A stretch of DNA of 64,000 nt. Origin: a virus. Lineage: Duplodnaviria; Caudoviricetes. The translations under genes were made by a program, and so were the position numbers. Positions 46,656 to 54,942 of this stretch are shown piece after piece (within the stretch, counting starts at the first letter, position 1; each line of letters starts with the position of its first letter). The DNA is taken from positions 1-64,000 of IMG/VR virus record IMGVR_UViG_3300032038_000043. One strand, written 5' to 3'. The notes below the pieces were generated by a model. The model was not told where the DNA came from and searched no databases. It saw only the letters and a program-made list of their open reading frames with translations.

Positions 46656-46993
46656 TCGTCCACCTCCACCCCCAGCTCGCGCATGAGGTCATGCGCTCTG
46701 TCTAGCTCGCTCGCGTCCATTGCTCCGTAGTCAGCGAGAGGGTAAAGCTCGTCCACCAGCTCGCGCAGCTTGGCGTTCTCGTCCATCGCCGCTTTCAGCT
46801 CTTGCGAGTGCCATACGTCCATCTTCTTGAACTCGGCCTTGCCGCGCTCCACCTCCGCTTCCAGCTCCCTTATGCGGTCGATGGTCTTTGTTGCAAGGTC
46901 GACGGACGCATCCCTTGCGCTCCTGTACTTTTCGACCTCCGCGCACAGCTCGTCTATGCGGCGCTCAAGGGTCTCGCGCTCAGCGTCGTTCAT
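46652..46993 (-). CDS. ENxxLR...MRELGVEV family coiled-coil protein
   Basis: ENAKLRELV...LMRELGVEVDE. Confidence 0.75.
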   Translation of the reverse strand: MNDAERETLERRIDELCAEVEKYRSARDASVDLATKTIDRIRELEAEVERGKAEFKKMDVWHSQELKAAMDENAKLRELVDELYPLADYGAMDASELDRAHDLMRELGVEVDE

Positions 46994-47166
46994 AGCGTTA
47001 TCCCCATCTCGATTTGCACGGCCAGCTCCGTGAGGTACGAGCCAGCCCACAATCCCCATATGAAGGCAAAGATAGAATGAAGGCGGGGAAACTCCCCGCC
47101 CGCCTGGTAGATGTTCTTTGCCGCCATGATGAGGCTCACTATCACGCATATGGCCTTCTTGTTCAC
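46990..47166 (-). CDS. small membrane protein
   Basis: GTGA coupling, two hydrophobic segments. Confidence 0.55.
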   Translation of the reverse strand: MNKKAICVIVSLIMAAKNIYQAGGEFPRLHSIFAFIWGLWAGSYLTELAVQIEMGITL

Positions 47167-47324
47167 AGGAACCATCCCGTTCTCGCGATTGTGTTTACCA
47201 GACCCAGGACGACCATTATGATTCCGGCGACACGCGCACCGTCCTCGCCGTCAAGCCACGTCCTGAACAGCACGTATACCCCGCAAACGAGCAGGGTCAC
47301 CGAGCTCTCGATTCCTGAGCTCAC
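47163..47324 (-). CDS. small membrane protein, 53 aa (not in ORF track)
   Basis: MSSGIESSVTLLVCGVYVLF...IIMVVLGLV. Confidence 0.55.
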   Translation of the reverse strand: MSSGIESSVTLLVCGVYVLFRTWLDGEDGARVAGIIMVVLGLVNTIARTGWFL

Positions 47325-47548
47325 TCGTCCACCACCGTCAGATAGACGTGCTCACCGCGCTTGATGGCCTTGACGTCGGTGATGCCCTTGCGACGTATCG
47401 CGTTGAGCATGGCGTGATAGACCGCGTTCGCCGTTCGCCCGTCCAGCTCGACCTCGGCGTATTCCCAGCCAGAGGCGATGAACGCATAGATGTTGGCGAG
47501 GTTATCATGCCTCTGACTGACTGGCTCTTCGCACTTCCTGATACTCAT
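47321..47548 (-). CDS. hypothetical protein, similar to 57955-58203
   Basis: FIASG..YAEVE...VKAIKRGEHVYLT. Confidence 0.7.
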   Translation of the reverse strand: MSIRKCEEPVSQRHDNLANIYAFIASGWEYAEVELDGRTANAVYHAMLNAIRRKGITDVKAIKRGEHVYLTVVDE

Positions 47549-47757
47549 TCGTCTGTCGCCTTTCTGCCGCATCGCGGACAATAGTCCCAGTTCGCGGCCG
47601 AGAAGAATAATGCCTTGTCCTCGTAGTACATCTCGTAGTGCCCGCATCCATGGCATCGGAATCCGTACGCGCTGCCCTCGCTGTTGGTCGATGGGAGGGC
47701 AACTTGCTCTATGATGCCGTGCCTTGCGGTGTACGCTAGCTTCGCATCGTCGGTCAT
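47545..47757 (-). CDS. zinc-ribbon protein
   Basis: CHGCG...YCPRCGRK. Confidence 0.7.
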   Translation of the reverse strand: MTDDAKLAYTARHGIIEQVALPSTNSEGSAYGFRCHGCGHYEMYYEDKALFFSAANWDYCPRCGRKATDE

Positions 47758-47936
47758 TCGTCCTCCATCAGCTCTTGCGGCTCTGCGGTGGCGGCGTACT
47801 CGACGTCGCCATATTCACGAGACCAAAGGTATCTATGGTTGAACGCTTCTGCTATCGCGTCTTCGGGGCTTCTGGCATCGTCGGTTTCATAGGTGCAGAT
47901 ATTGGTGACCTTGATGGTCACCTTGTACTTGTTCAT
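47754..47936 (-). CDS. hypothetical protein, paralogue of 48321-48491
   Basis: MNKYKVTIKVTNICTYETDDA. Confidence 0.7.
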   Translation of the reverse strand: MNKYKVTIKVTNICTYETDDARSPEDAIAEAFNHRYLWSREYGDVEYAATAEPQELMEDE

Positions 47937-48109
47937 TTATCCACCTTTCTCCATGGCGGCGCGGTGTGACCTCGTGCCGCGATGACCTGCCAATACGTCT
48001 TCTCGTCCGTGTCGACCTCTTGACCGTTCACCTCGATGTGGTAGCTGCCATCAAAGTCGCATCTGGCCCTTCCGATGGCATCGAGCGGGATGGACACCTC
48101 GATTAGCAC
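47933..48109 (-). CDS. hypothetical protein, 58 aa (not in ORF track)
   Basis: MLIEVSIPLDAIGRARCD...TYWQVI; paralogue of 45771-45953. Confidence 0.7.
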   Translation of the reverse strand: MLIEVSIPLDAIGRARCDFDGSYHIEVNGQEVDTDEKTYWQVIAARGHTAPPWRKVDK

Positions 48110-48324
48110 TCGCCCACCTCCACTGGGTCATAGAGGTAGGTTGGTTGCCAAGTGACGTGAAACTTGAACTCATGCTCACAGCTTGGGCACTCGGCGAAGT
48201 GGTCCTCATCACGTGCCATCTCCCCGTACGAATCCATGAAGTCCTCTGAGTCCTGGACCTTCAGCGGTGTTCCGCAGTGGGGGCAGTTGAAGTCCGTCTC
48301 CAACTTGTCCGTCGCAATCCTCAT
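48103..48324 (-). CDS. zinc-ribbon protein
   Basis: CPHCG...CPSCE. Confidence 0.7.
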   Translation of the reverse strand: MRIATDKLETDFNCPHCGTPLKVQDSEDFMDSYGEMARDEDHFAECPSCEHEFKFHVTWQPTYLYDPVEVGEC

Positions 48325-48491
48325 TTGTCCTCCACCTCAACTTTTATGCCGTACTCTCTGCCACTGGGGGCAGCCTGCCACATGCACTCGTATTGAAGCG
48401 CTTCGGCAATCGCCTGCTCTTCGTAGGCCGCATCGTCTGTCTCGTACGTGTAGGTGTTGCTAACCTTGATGGTCACCTTGTATTTGCTCAT
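48321..48491 (-). CDS. hypothetical protein, 56 aa (not in ORF track)
   Basis: MSKYKVTIKVSNTYTYETDDA. Confidence 0.7.
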   Translation of the reverse strand: MSKYKVTIKVSNTYTYETDDAAYEEQAIAEALQYECMWQAAPSGREYGIKVEVEDK

Positions 48492-48649
48492 CCGTCCACC
48501 ACCTCAAGCTGGTCAATCGCAAACAAGCCATAGCCCCTGAGCAGGTAGCACTCGGTTCCGCAGACGTTGTAAACAGTCCCATCTGTCTCGAATAACTCTC
48601 CCTTGTGGTGTACGTACTCGCCAGCGGAAAAAAGCATCGTCACTGTCAT
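48488..48649 (-). CDS. small hypothetical protein
   Basis: ATGA-coupled at both ends. Confidence 0.65.
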   Translation of the reverse strand: MTVTMLFSAGEYVHHKGELFETDGTVYNVCGTECYLLRGYGLFAIDQLEVVDG

Positions 48650-49062
48650 TCGTCTACCTCCACGATGCGAGCGCCGCATCGTGGGCAGAACTCGTAGCTG
48701 CCGCTGACGTGCTCATACGTGCCACCGCATGAGCTGCACTCCATGACGTGTATCAGCTCCATGCGCTCGGTGTTTGGCTCGTCCTCGCACTTGACCCAGC
48801 ACTTGATTACGTCCGTCTCGTCGGCCTTGCACGTCCCGCCGCCCAGCGTGGCGGCGATGGCCTGCGCGGGGGTGAGTAGCGCCTGAACGGACAGCTTGCC
48901 GTCTGGTATATCGTCGGCACCTTCGATTGCCGTGCATGGCTCTCCGTCTTGGCTAGTCCATTCTGTGCACAACAACATGCCTGTTGGAAGACGTGCACTC
49001 ATGTCCTCCCACTCCACGCCGCGCTCGTCCAGCATCTCGCGCAGGGTCTCGTTCTCCGTCAT
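48646..49062 (-). CDS. zinc-ribbon family protein
   Basis: QAIAATLG...ECSSCG...FCPRCGARIVEVDE. Confidence 0.75.
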   Translation of the reverse strand: MTENETLREMLDERGVEWEDMSARLPTGMLLCTEWTSQDGEPCTAIEGADDIPDGKLSVQALLTPAQAIAATLGGGTCKADETDVIKCWVKCEDEPNTERMELIHVMECSSCGGTYEHVSGSYEFCPRCGARIVEVDE

Positions 49063-49535
49063 TCGTCTACCTCCACGATTCGAGCGCCGCAAAACGGGCA
49101 ATAGTCCATCTGATAAAGCGTCTCCCAATCAACCTTCGCTGTCTCACCACAAGCGGAGCACTCGAACTCTGCTGGCTCGTCCTCTGGCATGAAGCCACCA
49201 AATCGCAGCGCCGACATGGCCATCGAATACTTCTTGCTTATCTTCTCTTCCATCTCGGCGAGCACTACGTTGTGGCCCGTCCCGCGTCCCAAGGTGGCCT
49301 CGATAGCCTGTTCGGGGTCAGTAATTCCAGCAATCTTCACCGCCAGCCTTGGCTTGCCATTCGATTGGTACCCATAGGCAACGCACTCTCGCCCATCTGG
49401 GCAGTTCCAGAACGTGAGTCCTTGCGCAACCCAATAGTCGATGCCTCGGGCCCTAAGAGCCTTGTGAAGCTCAGGCCGAAGCGTGTACGGGTATCCCTTG
49501 CCCAGTCGCTCGTGCTGCTCGTCAGTCGCGGTCAT
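49059..49535 (-). CDS. zinc-ribbon family protein
   Basis: QAIEATLG...ECSACG...YCPFCGARIVEVDE. Confidence 0.75.
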   Translation of the reverse strand: MTATDEQHERLGKGYPYTLRPELHKALRARGIDYWVAQGLTFWNCPDGRECVAYGYQSNGKPRLAVKIAGITDPEQAIEATLGRGTGHNVVLAEMEEKISKKYSMAMSALRFGGFMPEDEPAEFECSACGETAKVDWETLYQMDYCPFCGARIVEVDE

Positions 49536-49565
49536 TCGTCCACCACCTTCCTGCCGCATACGCTC

Positions 49566-49898
49566 TCAAAACGGCACCGATTCCGTCTCGTCTGATTCAG
49601 ACGCTCCTGCTTCCATCATGGCGTTCAGCTCGTCAGCGATTGCCTGCCAGTCGTAGTCATCCTCAGGGTGGGCAGAGGACCAGTACGGCCCCATACCGTA
49701 CTCGTCTGTAAGGTCGTGCCAGTTTCTCTCTATGACGTCCTTTACCTCTCTCGCTTGCTTGGCGGTAAACAGTGTGTGGTTGTAGCCCCTGTCGTAGCCC
49801 TCGTAGTATCCCATTGCCTTGCCGATGCAGTACGTGGCAATCGCAATGCCTATCGTGCACATGCCGAGAATTACCAACCTGAATGCCTCCACGCTCAC
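49566..49898 (-). CDS. membrane-anchored hypothetical protein
   Basis: TM helix, GYYEGYDRGY, WQAIADELNA. Confidence 0.7.
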   Translation of the reverse strand: MSVEAFRLVILGMCTIGIAIATYCIGKAMGYYEGYDRGYNHTLFTAKQAREVKDVIERNWHDLTDEYGMGPYWSSAHPEDDYDWQAIADELNAMMEAGASESDETESVPF

Positions 49899-50212
49899 TC
49901 CGCACCACCCGCCATGCTGCGAACAATCTTGACAAACTCATCCAACTCATCAGCCATACGCGACCAGTCGATATGCGGCGTGACCTCAACGGTGGCATGA
50001 GAGATAACGTGCTCCTTGTTCTTGCGCACCCAGCCCAAGTCAGCCATGTCCTTATCGTTTGCGTGGTACAACGCATCGTTCATCACGCTTGCGATGGCTT
50101 TCTCATGTGCCGCGTCGATGCGGTCGGCGATGGCGGTCAGCTCGTCGTATACATCCTTGCGCATGGTGTAGCGGTCAAACCACTCCCTCAGCTCGTCGGT
50201 TATCTCCATCAC
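49895..50212 (-). CDS. hypothetical protein
   Basis: ITDELREW...AIADRIDA. Confidence 0.7.
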   Translation of the reverse strand: MMEITDELREWFDRYTMRKDVYDELTAIADRIDAAHEKAIASVMNDALYHANDKDMADLGWVRKNKEHVISHATVEVTPHIDWSRMADELDEFVKIVRSMAGGAE

Positions 50213-50724
50213 GCATCTCCTAACACAATCTCGCCCTCGTGCTCGCTCATCCAGTCGTCGAGGAAGTCCTCGTCGCACGCGAGGACCGGTATCTGATTCC
50301 CGTCCACCGTCGTTCGGTACCCGCTTATCGAGACGCAGCTCAGTACGAGGTCATACAGCTTGTCGCGAAGCCTCATGTCGTCGGTCAGCACGGTCACGTC
50401 GTCCTCCGAATCGGGCATGAGGAACGAGCCGCCCTCGTCGCACCCGATGACCCACTTGCCGTCGGACTGGAGCATCATGCACGTGACCTCGCGGTCCTTC
50501 CCGTTGTGGTCGAGATGCACCACGAGCCCGGGCTCGAGCTCCACGCCGTACTTGTCGACGGGCCAGTAGCGAGACGGCCTCGACGCCGCCTCCACCATGT
50601 CCGCTATCTCGAGCAGCCTCTCCTTGCCGACATAGCCAAACTTGCCGGGCTCGAAGGTCTCATCGTTCTCACGTGGCCCATACTGCTGCACCCAGTCTCT
50701 AATCATCTCGGCTATCTCGCTCAT
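50209..50724 (-). CDS. hypothetical protein
   Basis: LLEIAD...WPVDKYG; coupled ORF. Confidence 0.7.
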   Translation of the reverse strand: MSEIAEMIRDWVQQYGPRENDETFEPGKFGYVGKERLLEIADMVEAASRPSRYWPVDKYGVELEPGLVVHLDHNGKDREVTCMMLQSDGKWVIGCDEGGSFLMPDSEDDVTVLTDDMRLRDKLYDLVLSCVSISGYRTTVDGNQIPVLACDEDFLDDWMSEHEGEIVLGDA

Positions 50725-50851
50725 CGCTCTCCATTCCCATAAAAATTCGCACGTACTTCTCCCAGACCTCATCCCACTCTTTTATGGTCTGCGCGGTCGA
50801 CGCGTCACCATAGAAGTTGGCGAGGAAGGAGTCGGCCTCCTCCCGCGTCAT
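50699..50851 (-). CDS. small hypothetical protein
   Basis: TGATG coupling. Confidence 0.5.
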   Translation of the reverse strand: MTREEADSFLANFYGDASTAQTIKEWDEVWEKYVRIFMGMESDERDSRDD

Positions 50852-51228
50852 CAGCCCATCACCTCGAGCACCTTCTGTATCACCATGCCTTCGGGCGACG
50901 CCACCCAGCACGCGAGGTCGGAGGCGCATGCGGTGAGAAACGCAAGCGAGATGATTAGGCCGATGACGACGAAGAAGCCGACTATCAGAAGCACACCCAC
51001 CATCTCCTCGTCATCGGTCTTCCTAATCCCCATGTACAGCGCGACGCAGACCGCAATCGCGATGCCCGATATGACGGCCCACATGACGGTGTGCACGGTG
51101 AGCCTCGCCACCTGCATCCTCGCATACGCGGCAAGACCGTCACCCTGCAGCCACGCCCAAAGCTCACCCGTGCTCGTGCCGAGGCCCTTCGCGAGCTCGG
51201 CGAGCACCTCTGACAGCTCGTCATTCAT
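50851..51228 (-). CDS. two-TM membrane protein, copy 2
   Basis: LAELAKGLGTSTGELWAW...SPEGMV. Confidence 0.75.
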   Translation of the reverse strand: MNDELSEVLAELAKGLGTSTGELWAWLQGDGLAAYARMQVARLTVHTVMWAVISGIAIAVCVALYMGIRKTDDEEMVGVLLIVGFFVVIGLIISLAFLTACASDLACWVASPEGMVIQKVLEVMG

Positions 51229-51310
51229 TTGGTTCCCTTCGTGTAGCGGCTCATGGTCTTCTCGTTGACCCACATGAGCCGCGCTATGTCCCCGTACGTC
51301 ATGCCGCCAG
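51225..51310 (-). pseudogene. truncated duplicate of the HTH gene 51715-51996
   Basis: GGMTYGDIARLMWVNEKTMSRYT vs GGMTCRDISRLMGVNEKTVSRYT. Confidence 0.6.
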
Positions 51311-51340
51311 ACCTCGGCAGCAGCGCAGTCTCCTCCCTCG

Positions 51341-51718
51341 TTATCCCTGCAGCACCTCCATGACCTTCATCAGCACCATGCCCTCGGGCGACGTCATCCA
51401 TCCTGCGAGGTCAGAGATGACGCCAACCTCTACTATGGAGAGCACAAACAGCACAATCGTCGGTACCATCTCGGCCATCATCAGGTCGTCCCCGTCGAGG
51501 TACGATGTCTTCAGGCAGTGCCTCGCGATGGCGAGTGCGATGATGGCCACGACCGCAATCGCGATTCCGATGCCCCACGCCGTGACTGTCAGCTTCGCAA
51601 CCTGCACGCTGCCGTACGCCTGCACACCTTCACCCTGCATCCACGCCCAAAGCTCACCCGTGCTCGTGCCGAGGCCCTTCGCGAGCTCGGCGAGTGCGTT
51701 GGAGAGTTCCTCGTTCAT
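51341..51718 (-). CDS. two-TM membrane protein, copy 1
   Basis: Paralogue of 50851-51228. Confidence 0.75.
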   Translation of the reverse strand: MNEELSNALAELAKGLGTSTGELWAWMQGEGVQAYGSVQVAKLTVTAWGIGIAIAVVAIIALAIARHCLKTSYLDGDDLMMAEMVPTIVLFVLSIVEVGVISDLAGWMTSPEGMVLMKVMEVLQG

Positions 51719-51996
51719 TCCTTCTCACCTCTCGTGTATCGGCTCACGGTCTTCTCGTTGACGCCCATGAGCCTCGATATGTCCCTGCATGTCATGCCGC
51801 CAGCCCTCAGCTCGCGCATCCTCTCGCGCTGCCCCATCGTCACCCGCACGGCGTAGCGACGCGGGAACATGTCGCGATGGTGGTACGTCTGGTAGACGAC
51901 CCAGCTCTTCGGTACGTTGAGCTGGGTCGCTATTGACTTGACGCTCGCTCCGCTGTTCCAGAGCTCGGCGGCCTTTGCTACTTCAGCGCCTCGCAT
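51715..51996 (-). CDS. double HTH protein
   Basis: SVKSIATQLNV and TCRDISRLMGVNEKTV. Confidence 0.75.
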   Translation of the reverse strand: MRGAEVAKAAELWNSGASVKSIATQLNVPKSWVVYQTYHHRDMFPRRYAVRVTMGQRERMRELRAGGMTCRDISRLMGVNEKTVSRYTRGEKE

Positions 51997-52607
51997 ACGC
52001 GACGTCCCGCGTACCTGTCGGCGATTACGGAGCCCAGCGCCTTCTCGGCGACCGAGTACAGGGTCGTGTCCGCCCTGTCGACCGCGCCGCACAGCTCGAG
52101 CCCCTCCATCGTCCCGATTGCGTTCCCGAGCGCCCTCGCGATGGTCGTGACCTCCCGCGAGAACTCCTCGTCCGTCAGAGCCCCAGCAGGTCTTCCCAGC
52201 TGCACCTGAGCACCCTCTTGAGCTTCCTCGCCGTCCTCACGCTCGGCATCCTGTCGCCGTGGCAATACATGCACACCGACGCCTGCGTCACGTCTATCAG
52301 CCTCGCCATCTCCGCCTGTGACAGGCCCCTCCTCCTCATCAGGTTCGTGAGCCTCACCCCCACGTCGTGCGCCTCGTCCGGCATCATCGTCTCCAATCAG
52401 GTAGATGAGCTTCTCGAGCATCTCCGCGAACTGATGCTCCGTCAGCGCGTCCGTCGGAATCGGCTTGCTCGTCACGTCGGCGTAGAGCCGTCGACAGAGC
52501 ATGTCGCTGCTTGCCCAGCTCCCATCGAGCCTGTCGGACAGCTCCACGAGCCTGCGCAGGACCATCATCTTCTCGAGTACCAACGACAGCAGCTCGTCGC
52601 CACCCAT
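51978..52607 (-). CDS. hypothetical ORF (209 aa) enclosing an out-of-frame HTH gene
   Basis: GAGGAG RBS, MGGDELL...; frame open through to 51978. Confidence 0.5.
   Translation of the reverse strand: MGGDELLSLVLEKMMVLRRLVELSDRLDGSWASSDMLCRRLYADVTSKPIPTDALTEHQFAEMLEKLIYLIGDDDAGRGARRGGEAHEPDEEEGPVTGGDGEADRRDAGVGVHVLPRRQDAEREDGEEAQEGAQVQLGRPAGALTDEEFSREVTTIARALGNAIGTMEGLELCGAVDRADTTLYSVAEKALGSVIADRYAGRRVCEALK
52175..52387 (-). CDS. XRE-family HTH regulator
   Basis: RGLSQAEMARLIDVTQASV...G.RMPS. Confidence 0.85.
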   Translation of the reverse strand: MMPDEAHDVGVRLTNLMRRRGLSQAEMARLIDVTQASVCMYCHGDRMPSVRTARKLKRVLRCSWEDLLGL

Positions 52608-52609
52608 CG

Positions 52610-52972
52610 CTACTCCTCGCCGTCGTCTGCGAACTGCAGGTCGAACACGTACGGTGGGTAGTCGGAGTTGTTCAGGTCCTCGACCAGATACGTAGTCCAC
52701 TCGCTGTTCTTGAAGAAGAACTTCTGGTACAGGCCGTTTCCCCTGTCCACGATGATGTCGAGGTCGCCGTTGCTGTACTGCACCGAGAAGTTGCCCGTGA
52801 GCTGCCACATGACCTCGTTGGTGCGGACGTTGAACACCGTGACTCGCCTCGTAATCTCGAAGCGGTCAGCGCTCTCGCTGAGCGCCCGCGACGTCTCGTA
52901 TGCGTCCGAGCATCCGCATCCAAATGTGACGAGCGAGAGCGCCACCATGAGCGCCGCGATTGCCCTACGCAT
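52610..52972 (-). CDS. putative lipoprotein
   Basis: Signal peptide with GCGC, RRVTVFN. Confidence 0.75.
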   Translation of the reverse strand: MRRAIAALMVALSLVTFGCGCSDAYETSRALSESADRFEITRRVTVFNVRTNEVMWQLTGNFSVQYSNGDLDIIVDRGNGLYQKFFFKNSEWTTYLVEDLNNSDYPPYVFDLQFADDGEE

Positions 52973-53256
52973 TAGAGCTCCTCGTTCACGACGATGCCGC
53001 CTTGGATGATGACGCGCTTACCGTCGAGGTCGAAGTAGACCTCCTGGTCGTTCTCCGACACGTCGAACACGCCTTCCCACTGGCCGAGAATCTCGCCATC
53101 GTAGTCGTAGAGCGTCACCTTGCGGTGAAGCCCGCCGCCGAAGTCCGAGCTCAGCGACTTCATCTCTCGGCTGCACGACGCGCACCCGCCAAGCGACGCG
53201 CAGATTGCGGCGGCGCACGCCATGGCGACCATCTTTATGACTGACCTCTTGCTCAT
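52972..53256 (-). CDS. putative lipoprotein
   Basis: LGGC lipobox, RKVTLYD. Confidence 0.75.
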   Translation of the reverse strand: MSKRSVIKMVAMACAAAICASLGGCASCSREMKSLSSDFGGGLHRKVTLYDYDGEILGQWEGVFDVSENDQEVYFDLDGKRVIIQGGIVVNEEL

Positions 53257-53268
53257 TGCTTGCTCCTT

Positions 53269-53769
53269 CTAGTCATGCGAGCACGAGCACGTGGTGTCAG
53301 CGCCCGAGCTCATGTAGAACGGTCCAACCTTGAGGAATGATGGCGGCATCTTGTACGACTTCGCGTTCTCAAAGGTGTCGGCGGCGGGCTTCCCGCCGCC
53401 CGTCTCGACATCACCGAGCATCACGACCTTGATTCCGCAGGCGATGGCGACGTCCATCTCGAGCTTCGCGCCGAGGCTCTTCTCCCAGCCAGGGAGCATG
53501 ACGATGACGTCGTAATGCGGGACGTGCGTGTTGATGAGCCCCTCGGGGAACTCGCGCTCCCTCGTCAGCTCGGCCAGCGTCCTGCGCATGCACTTCTCGT
53601 GCGGCTCCTTCGCGTCGCCGCCCTCGAGGTACTCCATTGCTGGGTTGTACACCTGCGCAGCGCCCGACTCCTTCACCTTCTCGTGAGCGAGGGCGAACCC
53701 GTCCACGTTCCAGTGGCCGACTCCGCTCATAGGCCCACTCAGGAAGACCCTCTTACCGCTTAGCCTCAT
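53269..53769 (-). CDS. DUF4406 / nucleoside 2-deoxyribosyltransferase-like protein
   Basis: VFLSGPMSG, YNPA, MLPGWEKSLGAKLE. Confidence 0.85.
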   Translation of the reverse strand: MRLSGKRVFLSGPMSGVGHWNVDGFALAHEKVKESGAAQVYNPAMEYLEGGDAKEPHEKCMRRTLAELTREREFPEGLINTHVPHYDVIVMLPGWEKSLGAKLEMDVAIACGIKVVMLGDVETGGGKPAADTFENAKSYKMPPSFLKVGPFYMSSGADTTCSCSHD

Positions 53770-53971
53770 TGCCATCCTCCTCGCCGGTGACCCACCGGCC
53801 ACCCGTACTCATCCTTGCCGACGCCTCCTGGGGCGTCAGGCACCAGTCCGTGACGGCACCGCACGCGTCGCACTCCGCGGAGTACCACACGGTACCGTCA
53901 GGCTGTCCAATCTTGCAGTTGACCCTGTATGACAAGTGGCTGCATCCCATCGGCTTGCTCCTTGGGGTCAC
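53753..53971 (-). CDS. small zinc-binding protein
   Basis: AECDACG; GTGA coupling. Confidence 0.55.
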   Translation of the reverse strand: MTPRSKPMGCSHLSYRVNCKIGQPDGTVWYSAECDACGAVTDWCLTPQEASARMSTGGRWVTGEEDGNEAKR

Positions 53972-54375
53972 GATTTCTGTTCTATGTATGTTATGTAGCT
54001 GTCGGCGAGCTCCTGCGCGGTCATCGGCTCGCTCGTGGGCCTCCACCTGTGCTCGCCGCTGACGAATATCTCCCTCACTGTGCAGTCGGCGAGGGTGACG
54101 TCCTCGTCCGGATTGGTGAGGTGGTGCTCGACCACCACCGCGATTGCTTCCTTGCCAGCGCGGCTGGCGTCCTTGACGAACCTCTCGAGCGCCAGCTTCT
54201 GGCCGTACGGGACGTCCTTGTCCCATATCTTGACCTCGAATATCAGCCATGCCTTGTCGTGCCACTCGATGAGCGCGTCAATATCTGTTGGCCAGAGCCG
54301 CTCGCCGTACTCTATCCCCTCGAAGCTTATGAGCTGCTTTGCCCTGTGCCTGCTCTTTATCGGAACAAAAGCCAC
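53968..54375 (-). CDS. PD-(D/E)XK-like nuclease-fold protein
   Basis: PTDID...IFEVK...GQ. Confidence 0.65.
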   Translation of the reverse strand: MAFVPIKSRHRAKQLISFEGIEYGERLWPTDIDALIEWHDKAWLIFEVKIWDKDVPYGQKLALERFVKDASRAGKEAIAVVVEHHLTNPDEDVTLADCTVREIFVSGEHRWRPTSEPMTAQELADSYITYIEQKS

Positions 54376-54401
54376 TTGTCATGTACCTGCCAATCCTCAA
54401 G

Positions 54402-54590
54402 TTAACGCTCCTCGTTGAAGCTCCCCACGAGCTCGATGAGCCTCTTCCTGAGCTCGACGCACTTGTCGAAGTCCTTCACGTCAAGCTGCAGCTTGATTTC
54501 GTAGGAAGGGCCGGTCGAGAACTCCTCGCACGACTCGTCTCGGTACTCGATGATTTTGATGATGTCCACGTACACGTTCTTCCTGCTCAT
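54402..54590 (-). CDS. hypothetical protein
   Basis: GGAG RBS. Confidence 0.55.
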   Translation of the reverse strand: MSRKNVYVDIIKIIEYRDESCEEFSTGPSYEIKLQLDVKDFDKCVELRKRLIELVGSFNEER

Positions 54591-54655
54591 CTTTCTCTCC
54601 CTGTCTCTTGCGACCCAGTCGTCCAACAGACCGCTAATGTCCTCTCCTTCGACAA

Positions 54656-54862
54656 TCAACCCAGCAACTCCTCCCACGTGCAGCCAGTCAGCCGCTTGAC
54701 CTTCCTCAGCCACGAGATGCCTGACGGCTCGCTCCGACCGCTGAGATAGGAGCGGAACGTCGACTCGTTCTTGTCCACCATCAAGGCGAAGTCGGGAATC
54801 GACATCCCACTGTCCCGTACCAATGTCCTCAAGTGCTTCGCGAACGTCCCGTCAGTCATCAC
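54656..54862 (-). CDS. XRE-family HTH protein, paralogue of 52175-52387
   Basis: SYLSGRSEPS...GCTWEELLG. Confidence 0.75.
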   Translation of the reverse strand: MMTDGTFAKHLRTLVRDSGMSIPDFALMVDKNESTFRSYLSGRSEPSGISWLRKVKRLTGCTWEELLG

Positions 54863-54942
54863 TCGTCCTTACTCGTCGTCCTTCGCGGCCATGAGTAGGC
54901 ACATCACGCACATGCCAGCCCATGTGCCGAAGAGGAACGCGA

